DNA of 64,000 bases from an uncultured Acidobacteriota bacterium (GTDB taxonomy: Bacteria > Acidobacteriota > Blastocatellia > RBC074), in contig CAWCKY010000001.1 in NCBI GenBank assembly GCA_963796275.1, positions 576,001-640,000 of the forward strand. The letters run 5' to 3'. The notes below the pieces were generated by a model. It ran no database searches, was not told where the DNA came from, and was given only the letters and a program-made list of their open reading frames with translations. Below are positions 52,839-61,662 of this stretch, in pieces. A program made the translations under genes and the position numbers. Position 1 is the stretch's first letter. The number at the start of each line of letters is the position of its first letter.

Positions 52839-53945
52839 TTACTCCTGGTTTAATGCATCGACCGGATCCTGGCTGGCCGCCCGCAATGCGGGATAGATCG
52901 CTCCAACCAACCCGCTCATCAACCCGCCCGCTATCGCAAAAAAAATATAACCGGCTTCGAGCACAATTTGTGTTCCGATTGTTTTGAGAAGGATGGTCCG
53001 GGCGATCAGGGAGACCGTTAATCCACTGGCTACGCCGATCGTGCTTATCATCAGGGATTCTTTGATGAAGACTCCGGCGATGAATTTTTTAGATGCGCCC
53101 AGCGATTTGAGTATTCCGATTTGCCGTGTTCGTTCCATAACCGAGGAGTACATCGTCAGCGAGATGACGAGTAGACTGATGATAATGGCGAGTCCCGCCA
53201 CGACGTCGAGAAATATATTGAAGCTCTGATAACCGTTGGCGAAGAGCTTCGGCAGATCGCGGGTAAAGATTATGCGGAGATCCGGAAAACGCTCGATGAT
53301 CCGGCGTGCAACCGCTTCCTGCTCATTTTCGTTCCTGCATTTCACCATGAACATAGAGCATTTACCTTCGGCGCCCAGTTCCTCCTGCATCGTCGACAAG
53401 GGTATCATCGTTCGCGCTCCGGTCTCCGGTTCGTAGATACCCGCGACCTTGAACTGCCGGTTGAATATGCTGATGCAGTCTCCCGGGGTCGTATGGTGGA
53501 GGGCAGCGTACTTTATATCGACGATCACGGCATCTCCAGACTCAGGTAGAGCGCGGCCTTCCACGACGCGGATCTTCGTCGCATTGGTATAATCCGCAAA
53601 ATTCACACCGTCGATTTGACGTAAACCGAGTCCGTTATCGCCTTTCATCTCGAGATGTTGCCCGACGGGCGTGATCGCCGCGATGCCGGGCACTTCTCCT
53701 ATCCGGTCCATCAATTCGATCGGCAGCGATAACGGCAGCGAAGCCGCCGAAATGCCGAACTGCTGATGATGATAGACGAGTAATTCGACTCCGGTATTGG
53801 TATCCCGCTCTCCTCTGTTACGCAGCATACCGCGCACCAGCCCGACAGTGAGGATGACGAGGATGATTCCGACTGCGACACCGATAATGCTTGCTGCCGT
53901 TCGTCCCGGGTGATGCGTGAGATTGGCAGTAATCAAGGATTTCAT
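52839..53945 (-). CDS. ABC transporter permease (MacB/FtsX/LolE family)
   Basis: One TM + periplasmic domain + ERTRQIGILKSLGA + three TM + YPALRAASQDPVDAL. Confidence 0.92.
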   Translation of the reverse strand: MKSLITANLTHHPGRTAASIIGVAVGIILVILTVGLVRGMLRNRGERDTNTGVELLVYHHQQFGISAASLPLSLPIELMDRIGEVPGIAAITPVGQHLEMKGDNGLGLRQIDGVNFADYTNATKIRVVEGRALPESGDAVIVDIKYAALHHTTPGDCISIFNRQFKVAGIYEPETGARTMIPLSTMQEELGAEGKCSMFMVKCRNENEQEAVARRIIERFPDLRIIFTRDLPKLFANGYQSFNIFLDVVAGLAIIISLLVISLTMYSSVMERTRQIGILKSLGASKKFIAGVFIKESLMISTIGVASGLTVSLIARTILLKTIGTQIVLEAGYIFFAIAGGLMSGLVGAIYPALRAASQDPVDALNQE

Positions 53946-55235
53946 AATTTTTCGTGTGCCATCTTTTTCGAAGACTTGTTCGATTGGTGAAGGTTGATCT
54001 TGCGCGCAATACGCGTCGCGGGAAATTCTGCGTGAAGTTCGTCGTAGAGATCAAAGAATTGTGCGGTTACCGCCTCCCAAGTATATCGCCGTGAAGTCCA
54101 GAACGCACGAGCCAACCTGTCTTTGCGGACGGCGGGATCAGCGAAGACTGAATGCACGGCGGCGACATAGGCCTCTCCGTTGGCTTCTGCCAACCAGCTA
54201 TTATTTTCGTCAGCGTAAGAGAGCACGCCGCCCGATCTGGGCGCGACGAGCGGCAATCCGGCGGCCATCGCTTCGAGAGGTGCGATCCCGAATGGCTCGC
54301 GCGGATTGGGATGAACGAAAGCATCGCAGTTAGCATATAGATCTACCAATGCGGCGCGATTACGTATATGGCCGAGAGAATAGACGCGTCCCGGCGCGCG
54401 GAGCCGCGCCTCATCGGCGAACCAATCGGCGAGCGGGCCGTCGCCCGCAATAATCAGCCGGTAATCACCCGTGCGTTCACGCGCGAGCTTCTCCATCATT
54501 TCAAGAAGGAGAGCGATATTTTTCTCTTGCGATAAACGACCGGCATAGAGCAGAAGCTTGGTTCGCCGGTCGCCCTGAAACAACGAAATGAGCTTTTGTC
54601 TGCTCGTTTCGGACCTGCGGCCTGAGACGTAGTCGGCCACATCTGCGCCCATCGGACGAACATGGACGTCCCTTTTCATGGCGGGCGACCATCGCTTCGC
54701 GCAATTCATCCGCGGTGTATTGTGAGTTGGCTATGTGATAATCGAAGAGCGGAATGTATAAATTGCCGAGATATAGCCTGGAAAGGCGTTTGCCCAATCT
54801 GTTGTCTGTGAGAAATGCGCTGACATTATCGTCCATCCGTTCGCAGCTCATCCCGACGAGCACCGGTCGGCGCAAGCCGGAGATCCAACGCTCGCGCAGA
54901 AACCCGGCGAGCCAGCACAGAGCATACTTATCGCAAACTTCAACCAGATCAGGTGTTTCATCGCGCAGGATACTGTTAAGTTCTCCGTTAAAGGCATAAG
55001 TATGAGGCAACAGAAGACGGTACCGACGGTCGAAGATGGGTGCCCGCGGCGCTTTGATATGATAGATAGCTCCGTGCTCGCCGATTTTTTCCATCCTTGT
55101 CCGATCGCCCGGCACGACCAGCCGCATCGAGCGACCATGACGATTGGCCGCATTGAGCAACGCACGATAGAACGTGCTGATGCCACCCGAGGTGGTGTGG
55201 TAGGCGTTGGTAATGTGAAGCGTTTTTATGGACAT
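53942..55235 (-). pseudogene. GT4 glycosyltransferase interrupted by a 1-nt frameshift
   Basis: N-half (HITNAY..SGGI) in ORF 54501-55235 and C-half (YAGRLSQEKN, EPFGIAPLEAMAAG) in ORF 53942-54709; removing one base from the A4 run at 54673-54676 restores HERDVHVRPMGAD. Confidence 0.8.
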
Positions 55236-55240
55236 CGGAA

Positions 55241-55357
55241 GATAATTGATAATTGATAGTTGATAGTTGATAGTTGATAGTTGATAGTTGATAGTTAGTA
55301 ATTTGTAGCTGATAATCAGTAGTTGATAGTTAGCTATTGATAGTTAATTGATAGTTA
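55241..55357 (+). repeat. Tandem heptamer array (TTGATAG)n
   Basis: About six perfect consecutive copies plus degenerate flanking copies. Confidence 0.95.
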
Positions 55358-55414
55358 TATGAAGAGTGTTGCATGTAAATAAAAGATTCCTTGAAATCAA
55401 CGTTATCGATTCTG

Positions 55415-55563
55415 AGCGCCAGAGGCGCGGGGATGTTTATAGAACTCGTTCAATCACATTTGCAAGCTCCGGAGGAGCGACATATAGGCATTCATTTGTC
55501 GCTCCTCCGGAGCTTGTGAGACTTGGGTAATCGAATGCTATATACATCGGGCTCCTCCGGATC
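55415..55563. mobile_element. REP/REPIN-like palindromic element
   Basis: Perfect 20-bp inverted repeat CAAGCTCCGGAGGAGCGACA (55463-55482 / 55497-55516) nested in an outer degenerate pair GCGCCAGAGGCGCG..ATGTTTATAG / CTATATACAT..GCTCCTCCGG. Confidence 0.65.
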
Positions 55564-55641
55564 CAATCAGAAACTGTTGATAATGACCGGCTTTAAGTTA
55601 CACCGCCCTTAGTTTAATAACCGAGATAACAAATTATACGT

Positions 55642-55679
55642 ACTATCAACTATCAATTATCAACTATCAACTATCAACT
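55642..55679 (-). repeat. Inverted heptamer array (CTATCAA)n
   Basis: About five copies, reverse complement of the 55241-55357 array. Confidence 0.9.
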
Positions 55680-55684
55680 GCTTT

Positions 55685-56221
55685 TTACCTTCGTCGCCAA
55701 ATTGCCCGTGGTATAGCTGTGATAAATTCACGAATGATTAAAGGCATTTGGTGTAAATCATCGATTAACGATTTACGTTCCTCCCCTACGATCAAAGCTC
55801 CTCGCCGCATAGCGAATAGATTGAAAATAGCCGATAACAATGAAAAACAGATTGATGCCGTTATACTCCTCGCAAGTTTCTCTGTACCGCCTATCCAGTG
55901 GAGAGAGAGTTCGAGTGAGTGGTTAGTGATTGGCAGCAGGACCATCACGGCCAGTGTCGCAGCCCAGGGTGGTTGTGCCTGTCGAAAGGCTTGTGTCATC
56001 GCGCCATAAAATCCGGCCGTGGAGATATAGAAGACCGATTCGAGGCTCATCGCGCTCAGCGCCGCAGTCATCCCTGCGCTGATGTTAGTTATGAAAAAGA
56101 GTGTACCTCTAAAACAACCGCTCATCATAGCTGACTTCCAATTCCAGCGGCGAATTAGGTGATCAACCGGATGACGAACAAGTCCAGTAAGCACAACTCC
56201 GACTGTTAGTTTGTTATCCAT
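55685..56221 (-). CDS. Hypothetical membrane protein
   Basis: RWNWKSA motif and about 4 hydrophobic helices; lies between two GT4 genes. Confidence 0.75.
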   Translation of the reverse strand: MDNKLTVGVVLTGLVRHPVDHLIRRWNWKSAMMSGCFRGTLFFITNISAGMTAALSAMSLESVFYISTAGFYGAMTQAFRQAQPPWAATLAVMVLLPITNHSLELSLHWIGGTEKLARSITASICFSLLSAIFNLFAMRRGALIVGEERKSLIDDLHQMPLIIREFITAIPRAIWRRR

Positions 56222-56349
56222 CCTGTTAAATAGTTGAAAGCTGCGTAGGAAGCAAAAAGGGCAATAATGGACAGAAGAAATAGTGTAATGATTCTTTTTG
56301 TCATTTACTTTTGCCTCTCTCTGTAATTAGCAGGTTCGAAAACTTTCGT

Positions 56350-57573
56350 CTAGATCTCTTCCGGGCTCGCTATGGAAACCCTGGCGGCCAACTGTTGTTT
56401 ATCCGTAACGTGCTGCAGGCTGAAAGCATATGCCCGGAGCACCTGCTCGAAGATTTTATCCCAAGACTCTGCCAGGGCCAGGTCGCGCGCCTCTTCGCCC
56501 ATCTTCACCAGCTTTTCCGATTGCGACATGAGAGCGAGCGTCGCGGCGAAAAAGTCCCGTCTATCATTGGCGATGTAACCGGTGACGCCGTCGCGGATGA
56601 TGAACTTCGGTCCGCCATCTGCGCTGACGATCGCCGGGATGCCCGAGGCCTGCGCTTCCAGCACGACGTTGCCGAAGGTGTCGGTTTGCGAAGGGAAGAT
56701 GAAGAGGTCCATATTGGCGTATGCTCTCGCCAATGGTTCGTTTTTCAGTACTCCGGTGAATTCGGCCCGGCGCATATTTTGTTTCAACCAGCCCAGTTCA
56801 CTGCCCGTGCCCACAATCAGGAAACGAAATTCGTCTCTCCCGGAGGCCAATAGCTGCTTCTCCAATTCGGCAAGGAATCGCACGTTCTTCTCCGGCGTCA
56901 GTCGGCCGACATAGCCGAGCGTGAAGTCGCCGTTGCGCCGGTCGCGTTTAGCCGGAGAAAAAATACTCGTGTCTACTCCGCGTCGCATCAGAAAAACCGT
57001 TTTGCCGCAGCCTCGCTTGAGGAGTTCGCCCAGCTCCTCATTGGGAGCCAGTACCACGCGCCCGATCTTGTAGAATTTCATCAGGGCGCGGAGACTTTGG
57101 CTTTCGGCGAATTTGACGAGCGCCGTACGCGCAAAACTGGGCAGGAAGGGAATGATGTTGTTCAACCGTCTGCCGGCATATTCGTGCAGATTCGTATGCC
57201 ACGAAATGACTACCGGCAGACGCAGCTTGCTCGCGACATAGGCTCCGAGCTGTCCGATGTCGCTCGGCCCCGTGATGTGGATGAGATCGGGGTTGAACTC
57301 CCGCAGCTTTTCGAGTACGAGCTTCGTGTGGCGCCACGCGAGCATGTCGTATCGTTGATCGGACTCGATTCTGAAGCCCACCGATGTGCGCTTGAGCGAG
57401 AGCCGCGTGACGCTTCCATCGTCGGTCATTTCAGTTTTCGGTCCGGCGTGAACGCAGAACATCGGCAGGCAGCGCCGTTTTGCGAATGCCGCAAATTGGC
57501 GGCTCGTCTGAGCAACCCCATTTACTTCCAGGTAAGAGTCGGTGAAGAACGCGACACGCGGCTCAGCTCTCAT
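56350..57573 (-). CDS. GT4 glycosyltransferase (monoglycosyldiacylglycerol synthase-like)
   Basis: FFTDSYLEVNGV, HTNL, RGVD, YVGRL..EKN, TDTFGNVVLEAQASG. Confidence 0.92.
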   Translation of the reverse strand: MRAEPRVAFFTDSYLEVNGVAQTSRQFAAFAKRRCLPMFCVHAGPKTEMTDDGSVTRLSLKRTSVGFRIESDQRYDMLAWRHTKLVLEKLREFNPDLIHITGPSDIGQLGAYVASKLRLPVVISWHTNLHEYAGRRLNNIIPFLPSFARTALVKFAESQSLRALMKFYKIGRVVLAPNEELGELLKRGCGKTVFLMRRGVDTSIFSPAKRDRRNGDFTLGYVGRLTPEKNVRFLAELEKQLLASGRDEFRFLIVGTGSELGWLKQNMRRAEFTGVLKNEPLARAYANMDLFIFPSQTDTFGNVVLEAQASGIPAIVSADGGPKFIIRDGVTGYIANDRRDFFAATLALMSQSEKLVKMGEEARDLALAESWDKIFEQVLRAYAFSLQHVTDKQQLAARVSIASPEEI

Positions 57574-58729
57574 AACCCATCCTTTCGGTTACTACTTTTT
57601 CATTGGCCAGCGCCAATCGCAGCGCGGCCTGCATTCTGCTATTGCCCAGCAACCGCATGCACCATAAGGTTGCGCGCAACCAGGCCGGACCGCCGTTTTG
57701 CCAAAACCTTGAGATGGGTAAGACCCCTTGCCCATCGCTTATGTCGGCGAAGACGCGATCGACCCACCTGGTTTGACCGAGCGAATGGTTGGGATAGGAA
57801 CGCAGGACATCGGCAATCGCTTCAAACGTCCGGGCGAGCATGGGTGCGCGATATTCCGGCATGAGCAGAATTTCGCTATGCGCATCTTCGCGTATCTCGG
57901 CAACCAGATCGTTAAACGAACAGGACCTGGTCAAATTCAACACACTGTTGGGCTGGCATCCGTGACGATCGCCGCCGGCTACCGCGGGCAAACCACATTC
58001 TTCCGCTAGCAGCATGACTGAATTGTTTTCGCGCCAGGAGCGGAACCCGTTTACTTCGAGAGCATGGATCCACTGGCTGTGCTCTGAGAGGAAAGCATAG
58101 AGATTTTCCGTATGATCCTGTTCCCCGATGCATTCTATGTCCCACAGCGGATGGTTAACGACGGTCAAAGTCTCAGAGTCTTCGTCGATCAAGGACAGCA
58201 GCTCGGTGAGACTCATCGCGTCAGGGTCTCGATTTGTGTGTTTCATCAACTCACGAACAACTTCTGTGGCCGTTTCGTGCGGCAGGTTGTGAACGCCGAG
58301 ATGAAATAGCCCTCTGCCATAAGGCACGGTCCATTCCAGTGAAATCGGGATGCGATGAACGCCGTTAAGAAGCTGAAGTTGCTTACCGGCTTCAATATCA
58401 TCATGGTCGGTAATCGAGACGAGAGCGGGCAGACCTAGCTCTTTCTCAATTTGCAAAGTTTCTATCTCGATCACCTGACGGGGCGAAACGGGTGGCGTCC
58501 AGTAGGTTTTCGAGAAGTCTAACGTTCGGCCGTAGATCGAGAGATGATGCTCCATCCCCTTTCTAAACCGGCCGGAAATGTAAGGAATCATCTCCGCATA
58601 GCGCGGGATGAAGGTTAATAATTCTTTCGAGTGATAGGTGTGGCAATGTAAGGATGCTGCTGCACGAAATCCGCGTGGGAAGACGTCTTTACGATCGTAG
58701 ACGTGCATCTGCGTAAATGCTGAGCCCAT
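57563..58729 (-). CDS. PHP-domain metallophosphoesterase-like protein
   Basis: LHCHTYHS, ITDHD, SLEW, NHP, LEVNG, GGDRH; overlaps the GT4 start. Confidence 0.82.
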   Translation of the reverse strand: MGSAFTQMHVYDRKDVFPRGFRAAASLHCHTYHSKELLTFIPRYAEMIPYISGRFRKGMEHHLSIYGRTLDFSKTYWTPPVSPRQVIEIETLQIEKELGLPALVSITDHDDIEAGKQLQLLNGVHRIPISLEWTVPYGRGLFHLGVHNLPHETATEVVRELMKHTNRDPDAMSLTELLSLIDEDSETLTVVNHPLWDIECIGEQDHTENLYAFLSEHSQWIHALEVNGFRSWRENNSVMLLAEECGLPAVAGGDRHGCQPNSVLNLTRSCSFNDLVAEIREDAHSEILLMPEYRAPMLARTFEAIADVLRSYPNHSLGQTRWVDRVFADISDGQGVLPISRFWQNGGPAWLRATLWCMRLLGNSRMQAALRLALANEKVVTERMGYES

Positions 58730-58936
58730 TTTTCGCCTCCTGATAAGCGCCTGGCGCAGTCTTACCGCGCAAACGCGTTTGACGTGACCCGTGAACCGTA
58801 AGGAATTCGACGGCTCAGAATGATGGTGTGAAGAGGAGCTTAACCAAGTTATGTAACGGCAGCATAAATGGAGGAATAAATCATCATTAGCTAATTACTA
58901 AATCTTTATTAGCTGTACGCTACTCCAATCTCAGAT

Positions 58937-58953
58937 TTAACAGAGCTTTTACA
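58937..58953 (+). promoter_or_regulatory. Pho-box-like direct repeat
   Basis: TTAACA-GAGCT-TTTACA, 11-bp period, upstream of phoX. Confidence 0.45.
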
Positions 58954-59168
58954 CTGTGCTGAGCTTTATTTAAGGCAGAACCTCTATTCTTTATAGTCAT
59001 TCTTTTAGCGGATAACTTTTAGCGGATAAACTGATAGAACGCCGTCCGAAGATCGATAGCGGTCATGTGGCCGGAGGTCTACTCGGTTATCTTCGCCGAT
59101 AATATTTCCCTGAAATGTCGACAACTGTAGTAAGCGCAGGCGCACCCTGCAGTTGCAGAGGAGAGAAA

Positions 59169-61166
59169 ATGGATCTGAACCAAGGAGTTTGCTCTGATCA
59201 AGAAATACTCGACCAAGGGGTGAGTAACAATAGCAATAATGAAAGTTTTGAGCAAGTACTCGCACGGCGCACCTTCATGAAAGGAGCCGCTGTAGCGGCC
59301 GGGATGCTTGTGATCAATCCATCATCGCTGGCTGGGAGCTCGCACGAGAACTTTCCACCGCCAATGACCTTCGTGCCGATCCAGGGTCCCAATGCTGATA
59401 CAGTGACTGTTCCATCCGGTTATGACTCGCAGGTGGTCATTCGCTGGGGCGACCCTCTCTTCCGCGGCGTCCCGGATTTAGACATTGATAATCAAACTCC
59501 GCAATCGCAAGCGCGCCAGTTCGGATATAACTGTGATTTCGTCGGCTTCTTTCCATTCCCGGAGTCATCCAAGAGAGATCATAATCACGATCGTAATGAT
59601 CGCCATGATGATGATGATAGAAAGGGGCGGCGCGATAAGCGCTTGTCGAAAGGTTTGCTGGTGGTTAATCACGAGTATACCGATCCGAGGATGATGTTCC
59701 GTAATTATATAAGCGGCCAGCCGACGCGAGAGCAGGTCGACATCGAGCTTGCGGCGCATGGCGTTACGGTGGTCGAGATCAAATACGGCAAGATCTCGCA
59801 CGTTCCCCGGGTTTATGGGTGGTCATATGAATTCTCTCGCTATAACCGGCGTGTCACTGCTGAAACCGCGATTCTCCTAACCGGTCCGGCCGCCGGGCAC
59901 GACATGCTAAAGACATCCAGCGATCCGACAGGTAGACGCGTTCGCGGCACTCTCAACAATTGCGCCGCCGGGAAGACGCCTTGGGGAACGGTTCTGACGT
60001 GCGAGGAGAACTTCAATCAATATTTCGCCAACAACGCTAATCTTCCGGATGATGATCCGCGCAAGACGATTCACGCGCGCTATGGTTTGACGAGTGGTGC
60101 CAGCGAGCGAGCATGGGAGCAACACCACGATCGCTTCGATATCTCGAAGGAGCCGAACGAGCCTTTCCGCTTCGGTTGGGTCGTAGAGATCGATCCCTTC
60201 GATCCATATTCGATTCCCAAGAAACGGACGGCGTTGGGGCGCACCAAGCACGAAGCGGCGACTGTGGTGATCTCGAAACGCGGCCATGCCGTCGTTTATT
60301 CCGGCGATGACGAACGATTCGACTATATGTACAAATTCATTAGTGAGGAGAAGTACAACGACAGGAATTGCAAAGCGAATTTCGACTTGCTCGATAGGGG
60401 CACGCTCTATGTCGCGAAATTCAATGACGACGGCACAGGCCGGTGGATTCCGCTCGTCGCGGGCCAGGGCGCGCTGGCGGAGTGGTCGCGGGCTGAAATC
60501 TGCATAAATACGCGCGGCGCGGCTGATCTGGTGGGAGCGACCAAGATGGATCGGCCCGAGGACATAGAAACGAATCCGGTCAATGGCAAACTATATTGCG
60601 CGATGACCAACAATACGCAGAGGGGGACTGCCGGCAGGCCGGGCACCGACAATGCCAACCCGCGAGCGAACAACCGTCACGGCCATATAATCGAACTGTC
60701 TGAAAGCGATGACGATTCGGCGGCGGCGACGTTTAACTGGGATATTTTCTGCCTTTGCGGCGATCCGAACAATCCGGCGGATGGAACATTCTTTGCGGGA
60801 TGGCAGGGATTCGTCAGCCCGATCTCTTCACCCGACAATATAACGTTCGATGGCGAAGGCAATTTGTGGATTGCGACCGATGGGCAGCCGGGAACGCTTC
60901 AGAAGGCCGATGGGATTTATGCCGTTCCGGTCGAGGGCCCGCAGCGCGGGTTCCTGCGCCAGTTTCTGAGCTCGCCGAACGCCTCCGAGGTCTGCGGCCC
61001 TGAGTTCACGCCGGACAACCGGACGTTATTCTGCGCGATTCAACATCCGGGTGAAGGAGGCACGATCAACACTCCCGTGAGCATCTGGCCGGACGGCGTT
61101 TCACCCGCGAGGCCGAGCGTAGTTGCGATTCAAAATGACGGCGGCAATCGCGTGATCGGGCGTTAA
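59169..61166 (+). CDS. phoX: PhoX family alkaline phosphatase, Tat-exported
   Basis: RRTFMKG Tat motif, VNHEY, NNCAAGKTPWGT, CEEN, GRTKHEA, MDRPED, PDN, QHPGE; start ATG 59169 or 59115. Confidence 0.95.
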   Translation: MDLNQGVCSDQEILDQGVSNNSNNESFEQVLARRTFMKGAAVAAGMLVINPSSLAGSSHENFPPPMTFVPIQGPNADTVTVPSGYDSQVVIRWGDPLFRGVPDLDIDNQTPQSQARQFGYNCDFVGFFPFPESSKRDHNHDRNDRHDDDDRKGRRDKRLSKGLLVVNHEYTDPRMMFRNYISGQPTREQVDIELAAHGVTVVEIKYGKISHVPRVYGWSYEFSRYNRRVTAETAILLTGPAAGHDMLKTSSDPTGRRVRGTLNNCAAGKTPWGTVLTCEENFNQYFANNANLPDDDPRKTIHARYGLTSGASERAWEQHHDRFDISKEPNEPFRFGWVVEIDPFDPYSIPKKRTALGRTKHEAATVVISKRGHAVVYSGDDERFDYMYKFISEEKYNDRNCKANFDLLDRGTLYVAKFNDDGTGRWIPLVAGQGALAEWSRAEICINTRGAADLVGATKMDRPEDIETNPVNGKLYCAMTNNTQRGTAGRPGTDNANPRANNRHGHIIELSESDDDSAAATFNWDIFCLCGDPNNPADGTFFAGWQGFVSPISSPDNITFDGEGNLWIATDGQPGTLQKADGIYAVPVEGPQRGFLRQFLSSPNASEVCGPEFTPDNRTLFCAIQHPGEGGTINTPVSIWPDGVSPARPSVVAIQNDGGNRVIGR

Positions 61167-61179
61167 AGGAGCCGTGAAT

Positions 61180-61282
61180 GATATAGACGGGATTTACGGG
61201 ATTTTTTCAAGATTCTCAGGATTTAAACCGTTTATCGAAGCTATCCACAAAATCCTAAAAATCCTGACAATCCGTCTATATC
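61180..61282. terminator. Long imperfect hairpin after phoX
   Basis: GATATAGACGG..AGGATTT pairs with AAATCCT..CCGTCTATATC. Confidence 0.6.
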
Positions 61283-61662
61283 TTCATCTTCTGATACAAT
61301 AACTCTCGCGCTTTCAACAACTTCTTATACCATTTGCTCATTCACCGATTATTACCCCTATATTCAGAATTGTTCTGCATATCGATCCGGCCACAAAGGA
61401 TAAACAGCATTAAAGAAAAATCGGCTAGTCGCGAGAGTCATTTATTGATCGAGTGGAAAATGATATTAAAATCTTATCGGAATAAATCTTTGACCTCCCG
61501 ATCGGTTGGAATATAATTCGCCCTGGTCACCCCTAAACTGATCAGTCGATCCTCACACTCACTAAGCTAAACCTTGCCGTGGGGAAATAGCGCGGATCAG
61601 CAATTATTGTCATTCCTGCGACCAGAAATAGGGGTTCGCATATCCAGTCTCAAGGAGAATCC

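Noticed and set aside
55241-55679. Possible CRISPR array
   Set aside because: Units are contiguous 7-mers and palindromes with no unique spacers, and there are no cas genes.
61500-61662. Riboswitch-like leaders before the PQQ dehydrogenase and before the beta-helix gene (26640-26790)
   Set aside because: Some pairing potential exists, but no conserved aptamer motif that I can identify by eye.
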